Shown here: positions 1-12,900 of the stretch, piece after piece
How the letters are laid out: each line of letters opens with the position of its first letter
How positions within the stretch are numbered: position 1 is the stretch's first letter
Source: Tubulanus polymorphus
Lineage: Eukaryota; Animalia; Nemertea
DNA: 64,000 bases
NCBI RefSeq assembly: GCF_964204645.1
Contig: NC_134028.1
Location: forward strand, 24,424,345 to 24,488,344
Direction of reading: 5' to 3'
Translations under genes and position numbers: made by a program
The notes under the pieces: generated by a model
Told to the model about the DNA's origin: nothing
Database searches by the model: none
The model's input: the letters and a program-made list of their open reading frames with translations, nothing else

Positions 1-922
1 CAAACAACTATTCGAACGGTTGAGTGCTTCTACTCGTGTCAAACAAATGCAGAAATTAATCGATAATCTTTTTCAAGATGTTACTGATAGAATATTTTCG
101 ATTCACTTTAGATATATTATCGTCGTGATAAATGATAATCGGTTTCGCTAGGGAAACCGGGTAGATCCTTATACTGATAACCCGATGATAACAAAAACCA
201 TATATTGATTGACGTCGGCGGCAAGATGTCGTTCACGCCCAACTGATGAAACTCGTTAATGCGAATATCTTGTTGCTATCGGCTCAGCTTGGCGTTTCTA
301 GGTGACGAAGTCTCGTTGGAACGATATTTCTCGTGACGCCTAATCGTTTTATTATTATTACTATGCATTAATATCGCGCAAGAATACGTTTTTTAATGAT
401 TTACTATATGAACTATTTTCGTTGGACTCTCACACCCATAAACTATAAAGATGTAACATTAAAGGATGCAAAACCTGGAATACAGGGCCACTTAGATTAA
501 GCGGGGGATGCCAGTTTAACTTTACAAAGACCCGCAAGTGATCTGCAGTGAAGGCCACATTGGATTGGCTTTGGCTGCACTCATGGCGTATTTCTCCGCA
601 AAAACTTGAGTAGCATGGAACGTCCAAGAGATCTGGATCGTAGAATACGTTTTGATCCGATTCCTAAATCGTAATTGACTAGTTATCCTCTGGACTTAAA
701 CCTGGGTTAACTCAGTTGACAATATTGAAATCAACTATCGGATGAGCATCAAGCCTTGTCTTTACTAGGCCCACTTAATGCCATATCTGAGAAACAGGTT
801 TTTCTTGAATTCATGTGATGTCATTCTTTTATCAAATTTGGCTGAACTTGTCTGTGTTTAAAAACTAATATAGTCACCGGGTGTAATTAACAAATATCGT
901 TGCGTTTATATTTTGTGTCTAG

Positions 923-3900
923 ATCCAGTTTGGTCTCTGGCAGGGCCTGCCGTACCATCGCACGGAACACACGGTAGTAACGGTGCGAGCTTCACTGGTT
1001 TCCACGTAATGCCTACCGCCGAATTTACACAATCTGGCTCCGTAATTGAATGGGAAGCGTTCGCAGAAACTGCCGGGACTGTAAAGATAGCGGTACGTAT
1101 TGCGTTCATACAAATTAATGAAAAATATTCTAGAATCTCTGTAATTTTACCAGTTTTGTTGCAAACTCAAGTATAGCTTTAGCAAAAACACGAAGTTGTC
1201 ATATGGTTATAGAACTTAGCAAAGCGTAATGCAACTTGATTTGTTTTCGGCTAGAACGGAAAAAACGCGACATATTGACGTAACATTTGCTGTGAGAAAA
1301 AAAACTCGCAGCATTTACTAATTCCTTTTAAATTCTTTCGCTGCCTCCCTCGAACACACGCGAAAGTTAAAAAAGCTTTCGCGGAAACACTTTAAAAAAA
1401 TCGGAATTTAGAGTTTTCTTCTCACAGAAATCCAATTTCGTATCAGTAATTTTCTAAGATGTTTTGACATTTGCAGAAAACCCTTGCGAGGATCCTGCAA
1501 TCCTCAGGTCGATTTCGTACTTGATTATTGATTGTTGATTATTATTTTCCTTTTTAGATTTTGTCACCTAACTGCGCGGGTCAGGAGTATTGCCTATCCA
1601 CAAATAAATGTGCGGCCAGCTGCTCCTCCTTATTTGCTGATGAGCGCACCTGTTCAAACACCGATGTATTCTGTGGTCAAGGAAATGTCTGCGTACCAAG
1701 CGCATCTCTGAATTCGTGTCCAGCTGCTGTATCACGCTACCCCACTTCACAGGCTAATCTCAACGACTACAAAATCGTCGACGTCATCACGCAATATCTT
1801 CAATTAGGCTACAACCATTTCAGAATTCCAGTTACCGACACGTCAATCAACGTAACTCGAGGAGATATTATCGGTTGGTTGCTGCACAATTCGGGCGTAA
1901 TCGCTACCCGAACATTGAAGTCCGGGGAAACCCCCGATTTCCAATGGGCCGGTAAAATTACTGCCGCTAAAGGTGACAGTATCGGAGCGTCGAATTTCAT
2001 CGCCCAGAACACGCGCTATCTGCTGCGAGTGATCGCGTCGCAGCCCGTAATCGTCGATCTGCCGCATAAATACCTACAGACCGGCGATTACGAGGTCAAG
2101 GTTAATGTGAGCAACGAATTCGTGGCGGGCAGTGCAGCGTCGACGGTGACAGTATCAGCCCAAGTAGGGATAAACGTATCGATAATCTGTGCCGTTGATT
2201 ACAGTGATATCCCGGCGTACGGCGTCTCGAATGAGCCGTTTGCAATGAATCTGCTTCCTCATACCGGTATGTTCATCCAACGCAACAGATTCCTCGAATC
2301 CTGCACGTTTAAGATTAGTTTCTGAAGGTTCAATCATACATTGTCTCAAGAACCGAATCTTATTTGACCAGAACATATTCAGTTAGTCCGTACATTTTTA
2401 TCAGATTTGATTTTCTTCATTAGAATTGGTAACCTCAAGCTATAGATAGTTGAGACTATCAGTTTGGATTATAGTTGTTTCACCAACAATGTAAATTTCT
2501 GAAGATGGGTAGAAGTTATGAATTTACATTTTGGGTAAAACAACTATAACCTTTAGCTACTTCATCAGATATTATCTAATATATATTTTGATTTTAGTTG
2601 ATTTTCTCCAAAATATCAATAACGCAGTGTCACCATCTGATAGAATATTTTTGTAAATAACTTTGATTTGTTTATACTTGTAGGAGCTAACGTGACGTAC
2701 TTTTGGGAATTCGGCGATGGGTCAAACTTGTCGAGTTTGATACTACCAGTCGAGAAGACCTATGTCACTGCTGGCGAGTACAACATCAGCGTTAAGGCTT
2801 TCAACAAAATCACCGAAAAAACCAACTCGACCACGGTCGTCATACAAGATCGTGTACAGGGCGTCCAGATAACAAGTCCGATGGCCGTCGTCAACGAACC
2901 GGTGAAGATATACTTCAATTTGACCAGTGGTTCCGATTATAACTGTAACTGGACGATGGGCGACGGGCAGAGTCGATATACAGATCACACGACAACTCCC
3001 CCTAGTGGCAGTGAATTTAGTTACACGTACACAAAAACGAGAATGTTTACAGTAGATGTAGCGTGCGCCAATCAGGTCAGCAGGGATTCGACAACTTACA
3101 ATATACACGCGGAAGAAAGAATCGGCAATATCACGTTCGATAAGACGGGGGCTGAAAAGAACAAAGCGTTTTCGATCAAATGGAGCGTTCCCACTGGGTC
3201 GAACATCACGTGGACGATGTTTTTCAACGGCCAAGATATTTCATCGTTGATATCGTTCGACGAGGCGACGAAACAAGGCGCGACGCAAATACTCACCGGG
3301 AAACCGGTCGGTAAATACAACCTGACATTGGTCGGTAAGAATATGGTGAGTGAGTCGGTGAAATCCATCGAGTTCATGGTCGAAGCGAAGATTAGAAATC
3401 CCAGTTGTGAGGTGAACGCTACGATGATCAAGCGTCAGGAGACCGTGCACGTGATCGCTAACGTGTCGGACGGTTCTGGGGTCACTGTCGATTTAGATTT
3501 CAAGGACGGTTCCGCTCCGAAGCAGTACGCGGCCGGTGCAGGTGTCGACTGGCCGGGTACCGCTTATCAGACTGACCACACGTACATCATTCCGGGCGAA
3601 TATCAGATCGTCTGCAGAGTTCACAACGGCGACGGCGACTACCCGTTCATCTTGAACGTATCCGTTTATAACCGCATAGAAAATCTGACGATGTCGTCCA
3701 GCTCTCCGGTATCGTTACCTCCGGGTAAAGTTGATTTCACCTTCACGTCGACTGCCCAGTATCCACCAGCCGCGGCTACTGTCGAGTTCGACTACGGCGA
3801 CGGTTCGCCGATCGTACCGGTGAAATTCGACGTAGCTACGACCTATTCGCACGTGTACGCGATCGAAAATAGCTATCGCGTTAAAGCGAACGTTTCGAAC

Positions 3901-6900
3901 ATCATCGATTCGATGGAGCTCACTAAAGAGATATTGGTTTTGCAACCGATCACACGATTGAAACTGGAATGCGTGCCCCCGCACACAAAACCGAACGAAG
4001 TATTCCAAGCACGCGCTATAATGGCTACCGGATCCATGGTCACCGTCGATTGGAGTTTTGACCAAGTTTCCACCGCCACCAAACAAAAAGAATGTAAGTT
4101 ACAATCACAGAAGCGTTGGGACTGCTGTCAATATTTCACCGAGTCGAAAATCAGTGAATAAACAAAGGTGTTTTGTAATAATTAACCCTTTCATCAAATT
4201 GGCCAGAACCGAGTATGGTGGAGTCTGCCGCCGTGATTCATTTACTTATCGGTTATTCTAATTATCATTATTCTAATTATCCACAGCTAGCACGATAGAA
4301 ATGGTTTCGGCGGAGTCTCAATTTTCGACGCTTGGCATCAAGAATATTACAGTAACGGCGACGAACTTATTGGGCAGCTTCAGCGTTAACCATTTACTGC
4401 ATGTTCAACATCCGATACCGGCCGGCAAGTTTTCATTCGTGTCCGACGCTCCGAAAGTATTACCACCAGGTAGGCAAACTCCTATTATTTCACATTCATC
4501 AAAAGCTACCTGCACTTCCTAACCCGTAACGGAGCTACTTTCAATGATTATACATGTCTTTTAATTCGCTCTTTTTCGATTCTCTAGGTAGTGTTAAATT
4601 TACGTTGAGTTGTCCTACGTGGTGCACGTCACCGCTCCCGGCTAATTACCCGACCGATCCATACTTGAAAATCGACTACGGAGACGGATCGACCCCCCTC
4701 GACGTTTCGAGTCCCATCACCGCAAGCGTCACTTCAAAAGACTACACCAAAACCTACACTCAAGGTCAGGCGCGTAAAGCAATCGTGCAGTTGTACAACA
4801 AAGTTTCATCAGTGGATTTTACCGTTGATGTGAGTTTTTTCTATTTCACATTTACACATATTTTCGTTCGCAAAATTCCTACCAGAAACACAGAGAATCA
4901 TTAGGTTTTCTCACTAGTAAATTTACAATTCAAGTTATTTTTCTAATCCTTTCCACGCCGTAATAACCGTTACAAAAATGTTTTCATATATCGATTACTA
5001 CTATACGTAAAAGGGTACTGCACGAGTCGATGTGTATTACGTCATCAATTTTTCGTTAGACTGGTTGTCGGTCAATTCAAACAAATACTCGATATATTCA
5101 AATTCAAATTAACTTAATTGATGCTTTTTTTTAAAGCAATAAGTTAACCATTGAAGTTAGTTTTCTCGTTTTATATTTCCTTCGATAGAAATAAGAGTTC
5201 AATTTCTAATATCGAAGTTGTTGTTTGTTTTCAATATTGTAGGCTGGAACGTTCGGTTTGCTAGAAGGCTTGTCGTTTGTACCGATGTGGCGCAACGTCA
5301 TTCCACTCGGCGGTCCGTTTCAACTCGGTCGCGGTAACGGTTCAAACGAATTTCCCAGCAATCGCGACATACATTTCTTCATAAATATAACAAGAGGTAT
5401 GATACGCAGGAATAAAACTACAAACTTTTCATTCTATTTCTTCTGCATCCCTTTGGAATTACGCCGACGAAAATCTTCGCTGTGCCTCAGATGTGTAAGA
5501 AAGCCACTATGATGTTTTGGGGCAGAGCTTCGAATTTTGGATTGTTTCTTCAATTTTTAAATTGTCTACATGCATGCGAACAGACCAGTAGTTTCTTTTA
5601 GAGATCACGGCAGTGCTAACTTATGGATTATTTCATTTTTTTGTTTGCAGGTACACCGATATCGTATGTCTTGCAGGCAAATTCAACAGGAGGGGGCTAC
5701 CAACTATGCGACGAGTCCGCGAACCCGTTGAGATGCAAATTTAAGGTATTTAACATCAGCGCCAAATATGTAGATATAGTTCTCGAATAAGATTCAAATC
5801 CGCTACGCATAAGCATGAAAAATTTAAAACGAAATTTATGTGTTAAGAATAAAATCCAAAGACCCCAACCGAGAGAGAGGGGGGAGAGAAAATCAGAAAC
5901 ACATAACTTAATTCTTTATTCCAACACTTGATATATGAATTTCGTTTTTAAACTTAACAATTTGAATAGAATAGTTTTAAATCCTATCTACATGTATCAT
6001 GCACGTCTGAGTGTGTCTGTTCTATATCGGTATTTCTGTTCTTATCGTTCTCATCGTAGCCGGGAGTTTGGAACGTCACTATTTCCGTATCGAATCCATT
6101 GAGCAGCGCGTCGGATACGGCCAAAATAATAGTCGGCGACAGCATCGTCATCCGGGGAATCAATGACTTCAAACAAACGACCAAAGCGAACGAACTGAAA
6201 AAGTTCAGCGTCGAATTCGTGACGGTCGGCACCGACGCATGCGTGTTCGTCGACTACGGCGAAAGCGGCGTCGGCCCGATCGAATCTTACGGTAACCAGT
6301 CCAATTGCGACAAGTACGAAGAAGATGGAAAACTGTATTTCGGCTCGAATTCGTGCGTGTACAAGGGTAAACTGACGAACAACTTGGAAATCAAACACGT
6401 TTACAAACAAGACAAGCAATACACGGTTAAAGTGTACGGGAAGAATTATATCGGGTCGGCCGAGAAGGGGCTGAGATTTACCGTTTCGAGTTTGGACTGT
6501 ACGCTACCCGTGCTTACGTTCTACAACCACACGTCCGAATTCTGGAAACCGAATGTCGTCCAGCGCGGTCAAAAGAAAACCATCACCGCCAAAGTTGACG
6601 AACTGGATTGCGGTCCGACTATCGAGAATCTGAAAACGTGGAGCATGTTTCTCGTACACGACAAAAACGGTACCGATATCAGAGAGGTGGACGTATCGAA
6701 TTTCAACAGCGACGGCTCTGGGGACGGTTCGACTATATTCATCATCAAACCGCGTTCGTTAGATATCGGCTTGTATCGTCTGCAGTTCAAGGTCAGAATG
6801 CGGATCACCGAACACAACGATATATTCGAACGCACGATCGACACGTTCGTACGTATCGACCGCTCGCGGTTGATAGCGAGGATGATTGACGGTGGTATGA

Positions 6901-9900
6901 ATGAAATCGTGCGCGGGAATGAACAATTTATCGAATTGTCCCCGGAAACCCAGTCGTTAGATCCAGACATGGATCCCTCCGTGCCGCAGGTAAGTATCTG
7001 CCTAGATACAATCGGGTTCGAATCCCGACAATTCTTCCAATAACAATCCACTGAATTCTAATTATGAATATGTTATTTTGATAGGGTTTTACGAACTTTG
7101 TTTGGTATTGTCGAGATGTATCAGAATATTGGGTGGAGTCCACCGACTCAAAGGTTTCATCTAGTCCGTATACAGTGGACCAGTTCGCAGCTAACACTGT
7201 ACCTGCCAATACGCTGGGAGGCTGCTTTCGTCAAGGGCCTGGACCAATAAATACCAATAAGGGTAAGTCATGATGATTCATTACGTGGAGACTGGGCAGC
7301 AGAGATCTGGGATATATTCATTTTCGCTTTTCATTCAAAAAGAAATCCACAACAATTACCTTATCATGGTTGAATACAAGAACATGCGAATGATTCCATT
7401 GAGTTGCATAAGCGTCTATAAACCTATAGTTATTTTTCAAATCGATTACTTCAACTTATTCTTTTTTTGGGTAAATTCTTATGATCAATTTTGACAGGTT
7501 GTGCTCTATGTCATCGCTATATCGGAGATAAACTGGTTGCCGGTCAATTAAATTCAATTATCGATATATTCAATTCCCAAATTACTTTATTGATCCTAAA
7601 TATCAAATTATTTATATCATATCATTTATCTTCGACAATATTCAGCAGTATATGCGTTATTTTTCAAGGCGTCAGTTAACTTTCGAAGTTAGTTTTATTG
7701 TTGAAATTTTTCGCAATGTCATTTGCCCTCGTGCCTTCATATGCATGCGATATATACTGATTCATTATCATTATTAGGTAAACTGAATTTTACTGCTCTG
7801 AACATGGAAGTGAATCATACTTACGAAATAAGCTGCGAAGTGCAGAAACTCGACAGCGATGGCCGCACGCGAAATCGAACTACAGTTATCCGAGTATCGA
7901 TAGTCCAGGGCAATCCGCCTGAAGTAACCATCAAGTAAATGCAATACACATTCATATTTCAAATACAAACGGCCATACCGGATGATCCAAGATGGCTGCT
8001 TTGAATTTGAAATCTATTGTGTAAATCCATGGTTGATACGAAAACTTAATTAGATTATTGGTGAAATAACTATTTTACTGATTACTTAACTAATTAAAGA
8101 ACAAGTTTGATATCTATCGGATTCCATTGAACTTTTTGGGTTAACATATGCCCCTTTTCAAGACATATTCAAACTGATACTACAGAACATTTTGAACGAT
8201 TAATTCACCAATGGTGCCTAAAATAGCGAACTGTGTTACATAACAAGTACTTACGATTTGTCTCAATCCCTACCGAAGTGATATTGAATATGTCTGTGGC
8301 CCGCAGATCCTGACTGAAATCATGACTCTATGTTTATGCACAGATGTCTGCTTAGCGAAAAATTTAGCCGTCAGAAAAAGGAAAGCAAGCTGATAAACAC
8401 GGTATACGACCTACCGTTAAAAGCGTCCTGTAGCAAGGGTTGTAGTGACGGAACTATCAACACGAAATACAAATGGTCGCTGTCATATATGGAAAATAAC
8501 ACGTGGGTTTCTATCAACAACAGCCAGAATTATATCACTGGTAGGTTGCATTGAAACTCCGATATAATCAAAAGTCGATTGCATTATCGTGACTTCAAGT
8601 CATAATAAAATGATAACAAAAGAATTTATTTTTCTGAAATGCTTAATCATTATATATATATCTGTATCAATACTTTTTGCATGCATATGTTTAAATCGTG
8701 TTTTGTTTAAGGCATAGACTCGACTCGTGATAAATTTTGTATCTAAAAATGCTTTCATTAATTCCCGAAAGAAGCAAGATAAATATCACTTGATATCATC
8801 ATGTTAATATTCACAACTTTTTAACAAATGTAAAAAGTGGCCGCTTAAATTTTCATGGCATTAAATCGAGCCTATAACTTTACATTAAATGTGTTTCTAA
8901 TTGTATTGCTTTCATATTCTTAACAGGTATAACCGGTAAGGTTTCTAGTAGCAATTAAAACCATCAATTTACATTCACTATTCACCAGCAATATCTAAAC
9001 ATTAACCGTTGAGTCAACGAAAATGTAAAATTTTCAGCCTAAACCTCAATCGTCTAAAATGAATTATTCAAATGATTTTATGCTTGATATAGTTGATTGA
9101 TACATACGTAAAACTTATCGCTTTTTTAAGTGAGCAAATACAAACATTTTAAAGTAGACATGTATGTGACCCTTGGGGTCAGATATATAAACATGTGGCA
9201 CATATTGCTGGTAAAAGTGATAAACTAAACCAATCCAACGCATATTCGATGTATTACCCGTGAACCCATAACCCTTCGTAATTTTAAAATCTGAACAACG
9301 TAAACTTGTAAAATGTCTTTTTTCATAAAATCCTTCACCCGTCCATACATCAGTTAACGTAATCGTATTTTTAATGGCGCTTTGCGTGGGGTCAAATATA
9401 AACGCCAAGTTGATAAAGTTCATGTAATGATAATAATGTCAGGATAATTTAAGAACTTGCAGTTTTGTGAAGACCTATCGAACAAATATATTCTCGTGGG
9501 GTGAGCATTTAAGACATATTCATAATCACCGCTTAGAAAAGCATCATTTTTATCATCGTTATTTCATCTGATGTTGTCTCGTTAACTCCCGAATTTCCCC
9601 GGTGTCGTCGTTAATTTTCTTACAGGTTTTCACGATAATCTTCTCGTAAAACAACGGTTGTAATAATGTTATTGAATAAAAGATAATCGACTTTGAATAA
9701 GCATTAAAAACTGAGTCATTATTTCAATTACGGCACAAAAAGAAATATGAAACGTTAAACATTGGATATAATTGCAAAAAATTAACCTAAATCCTGAGAC
9801 CTGATACGAAATCTAAACTATGTTGGCTGATTCGGGCCATACTTAAAATATTCTGTACGTCTAGAGGCACGATGAAAATGTTTTGTCTTGCCTCTAGCCG

Positions 9901-12900
9901 TACAGAAAACGTTTTTAGCATGGCCCCAATCGGCCACCATACTTAACTAAACAACTATCCGTCATAAATTCATCAAGAACTGACCCGTTGTGTTTTGCGT
10001 ACACGTTTAAGGTATGATGTTATAGAAACTGCGCGTCCTTTCAGGCGATACTTCGACGTCAGTAACGATCCAAAAAAGACTGTTCGTCGATTACGACAGA
10101 TTTCGAAGAATGAGGGCCGAATTCAGCGTCGAACATCCCGGCTATACGAAGGGTTTCGCCTTCATGGTATTCGATCTGAACCGAGCGCCGCAGGGAGGTA
10201 AATGTTCGTTGACGCCGATGACGGGATACGTCTACAAACAACAGTTTGTCGTTAACTGCACCGACTGGTATGACGAAGACGGAATTGAGTTTTATCACGT
10301 GTACGGTAAGTATGTGATTTTGCGGTAATATTTCATTCGATTACTGATTACCTATAATTCTGGTCCCCGCACAGATGATTACCAGTTGAAGCATTTCGAA
10401 GGGTGAAGTCTGAACGATCTACAATGCGCACGACGTCCACGGAGTCAGAGAAAAACTTCAGTTAAAGATTTCCATTAATTTTCAAATAAGATCGCAGCCT
10501 TGTTCAAGGTGGAAGATCGAGTTCCGTAAGGTCGAGACTCAAGTCATAAAGTGGTTTTAAGTGCTCCTAAGTTGTTAGATTGTCAACAAAACTAGGAACG
10601 TCTTAGACTGATTTTAAGCCATGACTATGGAATATGTGCGGATGGCGAGGGTGTTATTGGGGAATTGTAGTTACAGACCGCGGATTGATACCTGTTTTAT
10701 TTACTCACTGTTCATGCTAATGTATGCTAATGTCATTATAGCCGAAACGTTGCTCGAAATATTATATACCATTTTACTAAGAATTTTTTGGCTGAATCTA
10801 TTGTGGCATTTCTCTCCGAATTTATGTAATTTCAATGATGTCGACAGAATGGCCAAACCTTGAAATGAAATGATACGCTGAAAGTGAACATTTCTTGTAG
10901 GTAAATGGAAAGACGATTTCGTCGAGCGTCAAATTCGTTTCATGCAGAAATCTGTGGATTCGATGGATTTGCCGATGGGAGCTGATTATAACGGCTATAA
11001 AATGAATATGTACGTGCGAGTCACTGACTACTTGGGAACCTATGTAGAGGTTGATTTGGGCGAGGCTGTTGTAAGTAAATCTCTATCTAGAAGCAACTTA
11101 TCATAAGCAATAAACCATTTTACAGTTACAAGCCGCCGTTTTGTTAGGGTGTTTTTGTCCTGTATTGTTGGGTAATTTTTGCCCTTTTTCAAAAACAATT
11201 TGCGACGCGTGTTTTATACTATTTCATCTGTCCATGGATGGATGTTGACAGTTTCAGCAACATTCAAACCGTGTGAATCTCTAGTTTTCAGTTATGTAAA
11301 ATTAATTTCTCAAATTTATAACAATTCGACATGAGAGCGATATTAGAATCTGTGGCCAGGTTTCACCACACACGTAAAAATTCAGGGTACTCAACTTTGA
11401 AGTTCGTTATTTTTTGTAATAATTTTCGGAAAAATTTCAAGTGAACTTTAAAACTTAGTAGGTTTTATTTAATCTTGCCTAGTTTTCATTCTATGGCTAT
11501 TTAACTGCGGCGCATCTATTGTCATTCCAAGTATCAGGGCTGTTTTCTGTGGCTTATTAAGGCTGTGACTCGAATCTATTGCAGGTCAGACCACTCGGCT
11601 TGAATGAAACGCTGGCGTTGGTAGATATGCTTAGAGGAAATAGCCGAAATAAAATTGAACAAGCCAAAGCCAAAGGAGACTCTAAACTGATCACGACATT
11701 AACCCAGGCGACCGCTACTGGTCTCAATTCGCTGAGTAAGGAGAGTCGGACAGGTGCTGCACTCATGCACTTTGCATGCTTTATTATCTTTATTTCGAAT
11801 TATAAGGCGTTATCAGGCCAAAATATTCAAATCAGTTGATACCAGATCAACTAGGATAACTTCTAATTAAACAAGGATTCGCCATTAATCGAATTCTTTG
11901 GATATTTTGAATACTGAAATCTTATCAAAAATGTACAATTATTGAACATGTCTCAGTTCTGCAAATGATGATGAATTATTATTAAGCGTGCCGCGCCATT
12001 TTCATACGCAATGACAGCTGCGACGTAGCAATATTCACGCGCATGCGCACAATGCGAACTCGCAAAATCGCGGAAAACACGTGGTCGAGTGAGGAGGTAA
12101 ACGCCATCTATTATTCGATGTTTTAGTTGCGCAGCTTGAAGCGCTTTCAGCACAAAAACAAACAAATGTATATATATATCTGCACCACGTGTACGAGCGC
12201 GCAGCCTCAGCGTTATATCTTTGCGTTATTCGAACTCCTTGTCATATATCGTTGCTTTGTGGCTATATTTGAAATTTTGTGTAATTCTACAGCTTGGATC
12301 GGTTTCACATTCTAGGGTCCGGCCATTAAGACAAAGAATCAAGACCAGGGATTAGTTGCCCCGACGAGGCTGTTTGGATTTTAAACCGATTTTGCCCAAC
12401 CCTTTTGGAACTCTTAGGTACTCACGACCGCGCAAGGAAGGACCCTGGGGCCGGTTGCATAGTCATAGTCTAAAGCCTACTCGTCATCTTCTTGACTCAG
12501 ATCGAACAGACTCTGAAATGTTTTGATGCAATAGTTTTTTACGTGCTTTCGATTTTCTGGAGTGCGAATAAAGCAAAGAAGCGCGCGACATACAAATAAT
12601 GACACACGTGACCTCTACTTATTATTTTCATTTCTAAAACTGGATGTCAGGATGTGTGTTTTACATCTGACATCCACATAAAAATCAGCCTTTTACCTTC
12701 ATAGCATTTGTACATAACATTTCATTTCACTCTATGTTCATTCAGTGTTTTCAGTTCATACACATTTTCTACACGCGCATATTTTTCGCTAGTTTTCCAA
12801 TTCCCACAATATTGAAGCTTGAAACAATTTCATCTACCTTCCGCCGTTTGAATACGGGAAGTAAAATGCTAAAATACATGCAACACAAGTAAGTACGTAG

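Noticed and set aside
243-270. CTGATGA suggesting a hammerhead core
   Set aside because: No convincing stem II followed by GAAA.
430-640. GC-richer patch that might be an upstream polycystin exon or a LINE remnant
   Set aside because: Stops in the + frames and no clean acceptor/donor pair; resemblance to an RTE-LINE C-terminus is too weak to call.
2743-7209. Long antisense ORFs over polycystin exons (also over the ankyrin, GRL and GPCR ORFs)
   Set aside because: Shadow ORFs caused by codon bias of the sense genes; no recognisable motifs.
12293-12301. Second possible 9-nt microexon (ctacAG|CTTGGATCG|GTTTCA)
   Set aside because: Phase fits but the donor GTTTCA is poor; no other support.
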